Shown one piece after another: positions 47,671-55,259 of a stretch of 64,000 bases of DNA (the stretch's first letter is position 1; each line of letters starts with the position of its first letter). The DNA lies in the IMG/VR virus record IMGVR_UViG_3300025010_000004, positions 32,001 to 96,000 of that record. One strand, 5' to 3'. Below the pieces are notes generated by a model. It was not told the DNA's origin. It saw nothing but the letters and a program-made list of their open reading frames with translations, and did no database searches. This DNA is from a virus. The position numbers and the translations under genes are program-made.

Positions 47671-47710
47671 AAGGTGCCTGTAAGGTGCCTGTAAGGTGCC
47701 TGTAAGGTGC
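47671..47710. repeat. 11-bp tandem repeat AAGGTGCCTGT x3.6
   Basis: Read directly from the sequence. Confidence 0.9.
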
Positions 47711-47714
47711 ATAT

Positions 47715-47909
47715 TTAGGTGGTCAGGTCGATGTATTGACCACAGTTAGTCAGGCAAAAGTCAAGGTTAACGTGGTCAGGATTAACACCTGCTTTCAATT
47801 CAAAGACTTCATGTGCATAGAGGCACTGGCACTGCATATGCTCATAGTGCGTACATAGCGTACAAACTTTACGTGTACGCGCATTTTCATCGGCGATAAT
47901 TCTAGCCAT
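47715..47909 (-). CDS. small Cys-rich protein
   Basis: MARIIA... after AAGGAG; CTLCTH..C.C. Confidence 0.55.
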   Translation of the reverse strand: MARIIADENARTRKVCTLCTHYEHMQCQCLYAHEVFELKAGVNPDHVNLDFCLTNCGQYIDLTT

Positions 47910-48056
47910 GGTTAATGCTCCTTTGCTACGTTCTTTTCTACGTAGCACGCTCAAATTTAGCTTCTAAAGGCTTTTCTAAAGGTCACTGGTATAGATACTA
48001 GTAACCTTTAGAAAAGCCTTTAGACTGCCATATCGACAGCCTAAAGGCCCTTGTTG

Positions 48057-48770
48057 TTAGCCGTTAACCGCTTCTGCCTCCGGCTTTTCTTCTGCAGGAA
48101 TAGCGCCTTCTTTAGCTTTCAGCTCCCTCTGCTTTTTCTCTTTTTCGGCCTTTTCAGCGTCAAGATCTGGACGCAACGCGTCTGCTATGGCGGTCAATGC
48201 CGGTTTGATTTCTTCCTTCAGCTCCGGTGACAGAAGCGCCGATTCTTCAAGCACTTTCAATGCAGCAAAGACCTTTGCAAGGTTCTTTTCGTGTTCCGTA
48301 GCGATAGGAGCAAAGGCGGGTTTTTTAGCCTTTACTACTTCGCCGGTAGTTTCATCCTTTACCGGCTCGCCGTCTTTCATTAGCACTTCTTCCGTAAAGT
48401 AAAGGTCGGTTATATTCCGGTCGATGTATTGCTGTAAAGCTTTCAGGCCGGAAGCGCGCTTGTTACCGTGCTTTATTGCTGCGGTAGTCCAGCTGTAAAA
48501 CTTTGCCGGATTGTTGGGGTTAACGGTGCGGTGTTCTTCCGGAAAGGTATCATAGATGCGCTGTACGAAAAGCACTGTGTTTGCTTTTCCCGTCGAATAA
48601 TCGGTAGTCATCGGGAAAATCGGTTTAAACATTTCAAACAATTCCTTGCTTCCCTCGTTAATTGCGTCAATCCCCTTGGAGAGGTTAAGCGCCTTTTCTG
48701 ACGCGATTTTCCCCATTTCAATGAGGTTGACTGCCGCTGAACCTACAAGAATTTCCGCTGTGTTTGCCAT
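48057..48770 (-). CDS. hypothetical protein, first gene of the leftward accessory block
   Basis: Strong RBS; lies downstream of palindrome 48828 and the sigma-54 sites. Confidence 0.7.
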   Translation of the reverse strand: MANTAEILVGSAAVNLIEMGKIASEKALNLSKGIDAINEGSKELFEMFKPIFPMTTDYSTGKANTVLFVQRIYDTFPEEHRTVNPNNPAKFYSWTTAAIKHGNKRASGLKALQQYIDRNITDLYFTEEVLMKDGEPVKDETTGEVVKAKKPAFAPIATEHEKNLAKVFAALKVLEESALLSPELKEEIKPALTAIADALRPDLDAEKAEKEKKQRELKAKEGAIPAEEKPEAEAVNG

Positions 48771-48897
48771 GGTGATAACTCCTTTTCTGTTGTCTGCTTT
48801 TGGCAGGGTATTCGCTTCCCGTTATGAGTAGAACATGTTCTACTTGTGGAAAGCTACGTTGTTTTAATGAGGATGCACTAATCCCTTGGTCTTACGT

Positions 48898-49371
48898 TGG
48901 CATGGTTCTTGCATACCAGGGCCTTCATCTGCAAAGGCAGGAATTAGAACAATCTAATGAGAGAGACCGGGCCTAATGCCTTGCGGCATCACGCTATACA
49001 TCACTCATATTGCAGAAGGAGTGCCAGTCTTGTTATGCCTGGCATTTTATTTTTATTACTTAGCAATATAGCATAGTTACAAGGTTACTATAATGTTGTT
49101 ATGCCTGTTATAACATTGGCTATGGGCCTTACTTGCTTAGATAGTAGGCACTATTTTCTGATAATTGTGTAAGTACGTGTAATTGTTACATAATGTGCTG
49201 CCTAATAAATAGACAGCGTTGATTAAATAATAGGCAATATGCAATGAGCGTGCCAATATGTAATGAGTAGAACATTTGAGACTTATGTTGATTGTATGGC
49301 ATGATATATGCATAGTAGCTATAATTGTAATAGTGGTTGGTATGGTATATGCATTAGCATATAGTGTGCCA
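48898..49371. promoter_or_regulatory. cluster of six sigma-54 (-24/-12) sites in both orientations
   Basis: TGGYA-N8-TGCW with exact GG-N10-GC spacing at 48898(+), 49011(-), 49240(-), 49297(+), 49338(+) and 49356(-). Confidence 0.8.
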
Positions 49372-49874
49372 ACGTATAGTCTACTTAATCTATCGACTAA
49401 GTATATTAGCTTATCTTCATTAATACGGTCAGTCCTCATGCCTGTATTATACACTAGAACAGTGTTATAAAGCCAGCGGAGTATCATTATCCTGGCTTAA
49501 TGAGTATACGTGGGGGCGGTGCGCTCATTAGAGCCGTTTTAATGAGAGCTATTTCCCATCCGTTCCACCTGAATAGTTATTTTAAACGTTACATAATTGT
49601 AACAACCAAACATAACCATAAACATTATTTAAGTCACTTTCAATACCACCTTCAAGACTACCTTAAACATCACCATAAAGGTTACCTTTAAGGTTACCTT
49701 AACATCACCTTAACCCGCACCTACCCAGTATTTTACTTAAGGCACCCCAAAGATTACCTTAAATGTTACTTTCAATATCACCACAAACATTACATTAAAC
49801 ATCACCATAAAAGTAACCTTCAAGATCAATTCCTAAAATTTAAAAATAAATACCAAATACTATATAGCCATATA

Positions 49875-49906
49875 AGAAAAGCCTCTCTATAAAATAGAGA
49901 GGCTTC
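49875..49906 (-). terminator. intrinsic terminator ending leftward transcription from 50-60 kb
   Basis: AAGCCTCTCTAT/ATAGAGAGGCTT stem followed by a T-rich run on the minus strand. Confidence 0.75.
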
Positions 49907-50135
49907 CTTCTTCCATAAAAAATTTGGTCAAACGCTATATAACCCTACCATCCATATAGAGTATCGCGTCTAAAACTACAACACCTCTCCCTCAAGCTTC
50001 TTAATCGACTCGTCAAACCTCATAACGTCATCAATCAAGCAATCTACTATGCCATCCAATTCTCCAACCTCATCGTCAAGCTCTTCAAACATCTGCTCAA
50101 GCTTTTCCAACCTACTCAATATGTTTTTAATATTA

Positions 50136-50435
50136 TCATCTGTCAGCATCTATAATCTCCTTTACTTGTTTATACCTGCGTTTAGCCAGCTCATCCAATT
50201 CAGCCTTCTCAACCTCATTAGTCCTAACTTCTTCTTCATATTCAGCAATCTCGTCTTTTATAGTAGGGCACAATAAGCATACCTTCCTATATAGCTTAGC
50301 CCCGCTTTGCACAGACACAGTGCCAAACCCAAACGACTTAGAGTTTCTAACCTTGTCCTTAATTCTAGACTGCCAATCATAGTCAACCACAATCCACTTA
50401 TGAAAACCTAACCTGCATCTTAGGGGCATGTCCAT
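50136..50435 (-). CDS. hypothetical protein (CRLGFHKW motif)
   Basis: ORF track. Confidence 0.55.
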   Translation of the reverse strand: MDMPLRCRLGFHKWIVVDYDWQSRIKDKVRNSKSFGFGTVSVQSGAKLYRKVCLLCPTIKDEIAEYEEEVRTNEVEKAELDELAKRRYKQVKEIIDADR

Positions 50436-50437
50436 AA

Positions 50438-50905
50438 TTACTCTACCTTAAACCTAAAAGGTTCCTTTCCTTGTCTAAACAACCATATTGCCTCAGCCTG
50501 GCAGCAATGACCTTCCTGCCCGAAGAAGTCAGAGAAGCCATTATACTGTTCTATGACTTTTATAAGTTCAGGGTTTCCTTTTAGGTACACCCACCATAGC
50601 ATGTAATAGAATTCTTTCAATAAACTTACCGGCCATTTTTTACCATTAAACATAAAAGCAACTGTGGTCTTTCCTTTAGCTTCCTTCCAATGTAACCCAG
50701 TCTCTAAATTGCCCCAGGCATCTTCAATTACTTTGGCACGCTGGAACCTAGACTCTATTGACTCGCTTAGGATTCCGCTGCCTATGTAGGCGTTAAAAGC
50801 ACTAAATCTCTTATCGCCTCTATTACTACATTCAAGGAATGGCGGTTCTCCAAAGAACTGCATATTATCTATCCCTACTAATATCAGATAGACTTGTTCT
50901 GTCAT
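50438..50905 (-). CDS. NADAR-like protein (DarT1-antitoxin-like)
   Basis: LECS.RGD.RFSAF.A...SIE..FQ.AK...KGK...D.F....CQA; family recalled from memory. Confidence 0.5.
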   Translation of the reverse strand: MTEQVYLILVGIDNMQFFGEPPFLECSNRGDKRFSAFNAYIGSGILSESIESRFQRAKVIEDAWGNLETGLHWKEAKGKTTVAFMFNGKKWPVSLLKEFYYMLWWVYLKGNPELIKVIEQYNGFSDFFGQEGHCCQAEAIWLFRQGKEPFRFKVE

Positions 50906-51215
50906 TTAGACCACACAGCATATTACCTAAGGAATTAATTAATAGCCTATCTGTTTCTTTAAAAAAGGTATGAACATCCTCTATACCCTGTGCATAGTCA
51001 TATATGTCCGGTACGGGCTCCGCCTTAACTTCCTCAGCTTCATACGTAGGAAATATCTCTATGGCCTCTTTAAGGTCACTTTTAACTTCAGTCAAGCAGT
51101 TCTCGCATCTAACAAGATAGTAGAAATCGTACCACCCTGTCTTTGCGTTTATCTTAGCCAACTTGTTTACGTGTGCTCTGCCGTAGCATACAGGGCAAAC
51201 TCTTCGTTTGTTCAT
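50865..51215 (-). CDS. Zn-ribbon hypothetical protein
   Basis: CPVC...CENC. Confidence 0.55.
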   Translation of the reverse strand: MNKRRVCPVCYGRAHVNKLAKINAKTGWYDFYYLVRCENCLTEVKSDLKEAIEIFPTYEAEEVKAEPVPDIYDYAQGIEDVHTFFKETDRLLINSLGNMLCGLNDRTSLSDISRDR

Positions 51216-51319
51216 TGTTCCTCCAATGGTGTATTTAAAGCCTTTTTAGCAGTTTTACACAAAAAATGACGAAAATCGTTTAAAATTCGTCATTTTTTGT
51301 GCGAAACCTTCGGTTTTCT

Positions 51320-51541
51320 TTAATTTTCTTCTGTTTCCTCAGCTTTTTCTTCTTTTTTGCTGTGTTCTTGCGTCTTTTTTATAAGCCATTTGCTCAATAT
51401 ATTCTCTGAAATGCAGTCTATACTCCATTTCAATGCCCTTGTAGATGCCTCTGAAACTCCGTAAGCTATGAATATAGGCAGGCTAAGCAGTAGAATTATA
51501 CAAGCTGTTACATTGGTTAGGACTTTAAACAGCTTGTACAT
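51320..51541 (-). CDS. small membrane protein
   Basis: One TM segment. Confidence 0.5.
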   Translation of the reverse strand: MYKLFKVLTNVTACIILLLSLPIFIAYGVSEASTRALKWSIDCISENILSKWLIKKTQEHSKKEEKAEETEEN

Positions 51542-51542
51542 G

Positions 51543-51920
51543 TTAGCATACCTCTACAATGTAGCAGGTGCTTTCTGGTTTTGTTGGGATGAACAGCTTG
51601 TAGCCTTTAAAGTACCTAAGGCACCTTTCAGCAAACTCTACTGCATCTTCCCATATAGATGCTGGGCATTCATCAGCTTCTGGGCTAAGCGCTCTAACCG
51701 CTGCTAGAGCCAACGCGTAGTCTGGGTCGAATGTGTCCGTTTTGCTACAAAGGGAATATCCAACCCTAATCTGTCCGTCAATTACAGTCCCTAGGAACAT
51801 GCCTACCTTCTGCTCTCTTCCCTGTCTTCGTTTATAAATGTATTGCGTAATGAACATGTGCTTCCTCCTTTTAGTTACTGATATATCTAATAATACTTCC
51901 GTCATATGTGTAATACCCAC
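51543..51920 (-). CDS. hypothetical protein (GYSLC...DTFD...A..RA motif)
   Basis: ORF track; true start is probably MFITQ after AAGGAGG. Confidence 0.6.
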   Translation of the reverse strand: MGITHMTEVLLDISVTKRRKHMFITQYIYKRRQGREQKVGMFLGTVIDGQIRVGYSLCSKTDTFDPDYALALAAVRALSPEADECPASIWEDAVEFAERCLRYFKGYKLFIPTKPESTCYIVEVC

Positions 51921-52179
51921 TACCGTCCCACCGGTTAATAGTTACCCCGGTAGCCAAATCTTCATTCCTATTTAGCATACTCCAAGTTTTCTTTTCTAGT
52001 TGGCCGCATGGGTATACTCGGTAAACAATATCGTTCCTAGTCTTAACTTCGATATAGTCTTTTCCTTCTACAGTGTCTACCGTAATCTTCCCGTCTTTGG
52101 TAACAAACTCCTGTGCCAATACAATCATAGGCGATGTTACGAGTACCGCAATCATTGATATAGCTAGTACTAATTTCAT
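51871..52179 (-). CDS. putative exported protein
   Basis: Signal peptide. Confidence 0.55.
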   Translation of the reverse strand: MKLVLAISMIAVLVTSPMIVLAQEFVTKDGKITVDTVEGKDYIEVKTRNDIVYRVYPCGQLEKKTWSMLNRNEDLATGVTINRWDGSGYYTYDGSIIRYISN

Positions 52180-52575
52180 TTATATTTCTCCTTTTTATTT
52201 TGTGCATGCTTTAACTGCTGCTTCTAGTACACCATCAGCGTCTTTTATTACTGATTGGAATGTAAACTTATAAACTATGTCTTTGCTCCATTTAGGAATT
52301 AACTCTACTAGTTCTTCTACAGGAGACACCCTGATTAGAGTTCCTGTTGGTAGCGCTTTATTTAGTCTTTCTACAAAATCTGCTTCTCTCATGTTATCCT
52401 CTTTAGGAGAAACTGCAAGCTCCTAGGGTTTGAATATCTAAACCTTTAACTCTATTAGGCCAAGGTTTTGTTGCTACTATCTCTTTTAGACTGTCTATTT
52501 CTTTTAGAAGTTCTACCTCAATTTTAAGGTGCTCGATCTCTTTTTCTAGTTGTTTGATTCTTTCTTGGTTAGTCA

Positions 52576-52842
52576 CTATACGCTCCTATAATAAATATGC
52601 CCATATTGCTCAAACTCTTTATCTGTTATACTAATATGGTAGTCAGAGTCTAGCTGAGATTTCACGTTAGCCATAATTCCACCTATATTGCAAGGTATTA
52701 ATTTCCACAAAGTTTTGGTTATGATCGAATTTTTAGAGTAGTGCTCTTGGCATCTAAAGAAGGCTGAAGTTAAGTGTTTTGAAGCCATAGCCAAGTCATG
52801 TGCAGTGGCAAGGTGGTCTTCTAGGGTCATGGGTAGTTTCAT
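52576..52842 (-). CDS. hypothetical protein
   Basis: First gene after the promoter at 52878. Confidence 0.6.
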   Translation of the reverse strand: MKLPMTLEDHLATAHDLAMASKHLTSAFFRCQEHYSKNSIITKTLWKLIPCNIGGIMANVKSQLDSDYHISITDKEFEQYGHIYYRSV

Positions 52843-52877
52843 CGTAAATGTTACCTCCGTTTATTATTTATGCTTGC

Positions 52878-52906
52878 ATTATACCACACTTTAGGTGATT
52901 TGTCAA
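52878..52906 (-). promoter_or_regulatory. sigma-70 promoter
   Basis: AAAATAAAGC-TTGACA-17-TATAAT. Confidence 0.85.
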
Positions 52907-52935
52907 GCTTTATTTTTAATTTTAATGTTACAAAC

Positions 52936-52964
52936 AAAGAGGGCGAGAACTTAATCTCGCCCTC
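52936..52964 (-). terminator. intrinsic terminator after the tRNA-Ser transcript
   Basis: GAGGGCGAGA/TCTCGCCCTC stem followed by TTTGTTT. Confidence 0.7.
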
Positions 52965-53047
52965 CCGGTACTGCCTAGCATTCGAACTCACAAAAAGTGA
53001 AAGGAGGAGAACACCTTTCGCAACCGACTAGCTTAAGCAGTACAATT

Positions 53048-53139
53048 TGGAGGAAGAGCAGGGATTCCAACCCTGAGAGCCTTTCAGCCCAACGCTTTTC
53101 AAGAGCGCGCCCCGCAAAGCCACTGGGGTCAACTCTTCC
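53048..53139 (-). tRNA. tRNA-Ser(UGA), long variable arm, CCA encoded
   Basis: GGAAGAG/CTCTTCC acceptor, GCGCT-CTTGAAA-AGCGT; non-canonical T-loop TTGGAAT. Confidence 0.8.
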
Positions 53140-53157
53140 TTAATTTTAATTGAACAC

Positions 53158-53186
53158 ATTATACCATACTTTTGTTGATTTGTCAA
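53158..53186 (-). promoter_or_regulatory. sigma-70 promoter for tRNA-Ser
   Basis: TTGACA-17-TATAAT. Confidence 0.85.
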
Positions 53187-53203
53187 GCTTTATTTTTAGT
53201 TAT

Positions 53204-54595
53204 TTAAAGAATATTTGCTGCTATCTCTGCCAGCTTGCTTCTTTCAGATTTTGTTAGGGTGATGTGCCCAGCTATTGTTTCGTTTTTAAATTTGTCTACT
53301 ACATACGACAGGCCGTTGCTTGAAGCGTCTAGATACGGTACATCTATTTGTTCGAGGTCGCCCATAATCAAAATTTTAGTCCCTTCTCCTGCCCTAGTTA
53401 TAATAGTTTTAATGGCATGTGGTGTTAACGACTGGGCTTCGTCAATAATTATGTACTGGTTTGGCAGACTTCTTCCTCGAATATGCTCTAGAGAGCCAAG
53501 CTCCAGTATGTTCTGGTCTATGAACTCATGCGCCCAACTTACTTTAGCCCTGTCTTTATTGTCTAGGCTACTAGTGACACTGAACTTCTCGCTCTTACCC
53601 TTTGTCTTAACTTTAGGCACATCATCAGCCTTCTTAGCTTCACCCATAATGAAGTCTATGTTGTCGTAGTAAGATGCCATCCAAGGTGCAAGCTTTTCTT
53701 CCATACTTCCAGGTAGAAATCCTAGTTGGTGTTTGTTGTCCATAGAAATTACAGGCTTTAGTAGTAACACCTTCTTGTACATCTTTTCTACCATCACACT
53801 ATGAAGGCCTGCTGCTAGAGCTACGAGAGTTTTTCCTACCCCGGCCTTTCCTATAATAGTAACCAAACTAATATCTGGGTTCAACAGCAAATCCAAAGCA
53901 AACTGTTGCTCTGAGTTTCTTGGCATCAATCCTAGGGTCTTTAAGTCCTGAGGTAGTAAGTCAAACCGCTTCATAATAGAGTTGTAGGTGACTAAAGCGG
54001 AATGTTTAGGATTGTCCATGCTATACAAAACAAAGCACTGGTTTGGGCTAGGAAAGTCCCCTGTTACAGTTACTAAGGCTTCGTCCAAAGCCCCTAGTGT
54101 ATAAATTGCATCTAGGTTATCTTCTGTTACGTAGGCTTTACCTGTTCCTGTATAAAGGGTGTCTACGTTTACTTTAAGGTTATCGTATTCTTCTGCCTTG
54201 ATTCCTACGCCCTCAGCTTTGATAGCTAGGTTGGAATCGTTTGTTATTAGGATGCCGTTGCATTGAATAGCTACGGCTAATATACGATTGTCTGCTAGGT
54301 CTTCATCTAGGTCAAGAGGCAGTCTGTCTAGAACTCTCCTAAGGGCTACCTCTATTCTTAGAGTCCCTCCACTTTTAAGGTCAACTCCCTCGTTTAGCAT
54401 TCCTAGCTTGCGGCATTCTTTTAGGTTTCTTGCTACCTGCCTAGAGTTTCTTCCTAAATCGCTTTGGTCCTTTTTGTGATTGTCAATCTCCTCTATGACT
54501 GTTATTGGTATGATTACATTATTGTCATCAAACTTAAACATTGCTTCTGGGTCATTCAACAGTACATTAGTGTCAAGGACGTAGGTTTTGGTCAT
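53204..54595 (-). CDS. phoH: PIN-PhoH fusion (PhoH2-like)
   Basis: PIN YVLDTNVL...EEID...DNRIL...TND; PhoH GKAGVGKT, LGFLPG, IRGRS, IIDEAQ, GDLEQID. Confidence 0.93.
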   Translation of the reverse strand: MTKTYVLDTNVLLNDPEAMFKFDDNNVIIPITVIEEIDNHKKDQSDLGRNSRQVARNLKECRKLGMLNEGVDLKSGGTLRIEVALRRVLDRLPLDLDEDLADNRILAVAIQCNGILITNDSNLAIKAEGVGIKAEEYDNLKVNVDTLYTGTGKAYVTEDNLDAIYTLGALDEALVTVTGDFPSPNQCFVLYSMDNPKHSALVTYNSIMKRFDLLPQDLKTLGLMPRNSEQQFALDLLLNPDISLVTIIGKAGVGKTLVALAAGLHSVMVEKMYKKVLLLKPVISMDNKHQLGFLPGSMEEKLAPWMASYYDNIDFIMGEAKKADDVPKVKTKGKSEKFSVTSSLDNKDRAKVSWAHEFIDQNILELGSLEHIRGRSLPNQYIIIDEAQSLTPHAIKTIITRAGEGTKILIMGDLEQIDVPYLDASSNGLSYVVDKFKNETIAGHITLTKSERSKLAEIAANIL

Positions 54596-54718
54596 GTTGG
54601 TTCCTTAGTTAGATTTAGGCTTCCTTGGTTTTCTAGGCTTCTTGGGTGGCTTCATAGGCATCGGAGCCATTCCCGGCATGGGCATTACTACTGGTGACAT
54701 TCTTTACCTCCTTAGTAG

Positions 54719-54913
54719 TTACTTCCAAACGTATGAATTGTCGCTAAGTTTTACACACATTTTGTTTTCGTATACAACTCCTACAGCTTCTTTGTCGCAT
54801 ACAACTGTAGGTTCCTCTGGAAGTAATACCTCCATAACCTCTAGTGTACTGTCTAGAAATGCACAGCTTGGTAGTACAAAGGCAATTAGTAAAATAGGTA
54901 TGTATTTACGCAT
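54719..54913 (-). CDS. small lipoprotein
   Basis: Lipobox LPSC. Confidence 0.6.
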   Translation of the reverse strand: MRKYIPILLIAFVLPSCAFLDSTLEVMEVLLPEEPTVVCDKEAVGVVYENKMCVKLSDNSYVWK

Positions 54914-54929
54914 AGTCTTCCTTTAAAAT

Positions 54930-55005
54930 TGGAGCCTCCTCCCAGATTCAAACTGGGAACCTACTGATTACAAATCAGTTACTCTTTCAATTGAGTTAAG
55001 GAGGC
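54930..55005 (-). tRNA. tRNA-Thr(UGU), CCA encoded
   Basis: GCCTCCT/AGGAGGC acceptor, ACTGA-TTTGTAA-TCAGT. Confidence 0.88.
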
Positions 55006-55009
55006 AATT

Positions 55010-55080
55010 TGGTCAGGTGTGCTGCGTCTAGCAACGGTCTTCCGCTCACAAAGCGGTTGTTCTAGTTGAACTATCACCTG
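55010..55080 (-). tRNA. degenerate tRNA-like gene (Pro-like body, UGU anticodon)
   Basis: CAGGTG/CACCTG-A-CCA, GTTC/GAAC D-stem, CCGC-TTTGTGA-GCGG; T-loop lacks TTC. Confidence 0.5.
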
Positions 55081-55086
55081 TTAGTT

Positions 55087-55171
55087 TGGTGGGAGATACA
55101 GAAATCGAATCTGTACGCCTGTCGGCACGACTTTCTAAAAATCGCATGTCTACCTGTTCCATCAATCTCCC
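55087..55171 (-). tRNA. tRNA-Leu(UAG), CCA encoded
   Basis: GGGAGAT/ATCTCCC acceptor, CGATT-TTTAGAA-AGTCG, variable arm. Confidence 0.88.
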
Positions 55172-55181
55172 AAATATTAAG

Positions 55182-55254
55182 TAGCGGGTACGGGAGTCGA
55201 ACCCGTAAGCAGAAGGTTATGAGCCTTTGCGTTAACCATTACTTACAACCCGCA
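55182..55254 (-). tRNA. tRNA-Met(CAU), initiator-like 1:72 mismatch, no encoded CCA
   Basis: GCGGGT/ACCCGC acceptor, AAGG-CTCATAA-CCTT, GGTTCGACTCC. Confidence 0.82.
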
Positions 55255-55259
55255 TAAAA

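Larger units (their letters stand above)
2659..48843. repeat. dispersed 16-bp palindrome GTAGAA-(CATG/CTTG/CAAG/TATG/CATT/GATG)-TTCTAC, 24 copies
   Basis: Copies start at 2659, 4642, 7880, 11328, 16160, 19803, 23486, 25868, 29964, 32116, 34273, 37397, 38838, 39556, 41370, 42667, 43386, 44362, 45588, 46099, 46667, 46882, 47398 and 48828. Confidence 0.97.

Noticed and set aside
2659-48843. Palindromes as CRISPR (Cas12a-like TTCTAC/GTAGA) repeats or integron attC sites
   Set aside because: Arm order is opposite to the Cas12a stem, spacing is irregular (0.2-4.8 kb) with whole genes between, there are no attC R/L boxes, and no cas or integrase gene is seen.
49137-49691. ORFs in the control region
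   Set aside because: No RBS, atypical composition, and they overlap the sigma-54 sites and repeats.
51543-51920. Possible nucleotide-sponge (Acb4/Gp49-like) from the G.S.C...D.FD...A motif
   Set aside because: The motif is too short and generic to support without a profile search.
53048-53139. tRNA-Sec or opal suppressor
   Set aside because: The anticodon reads UGA (Ser), not UCA, and the acceptor stem is 7 bp.
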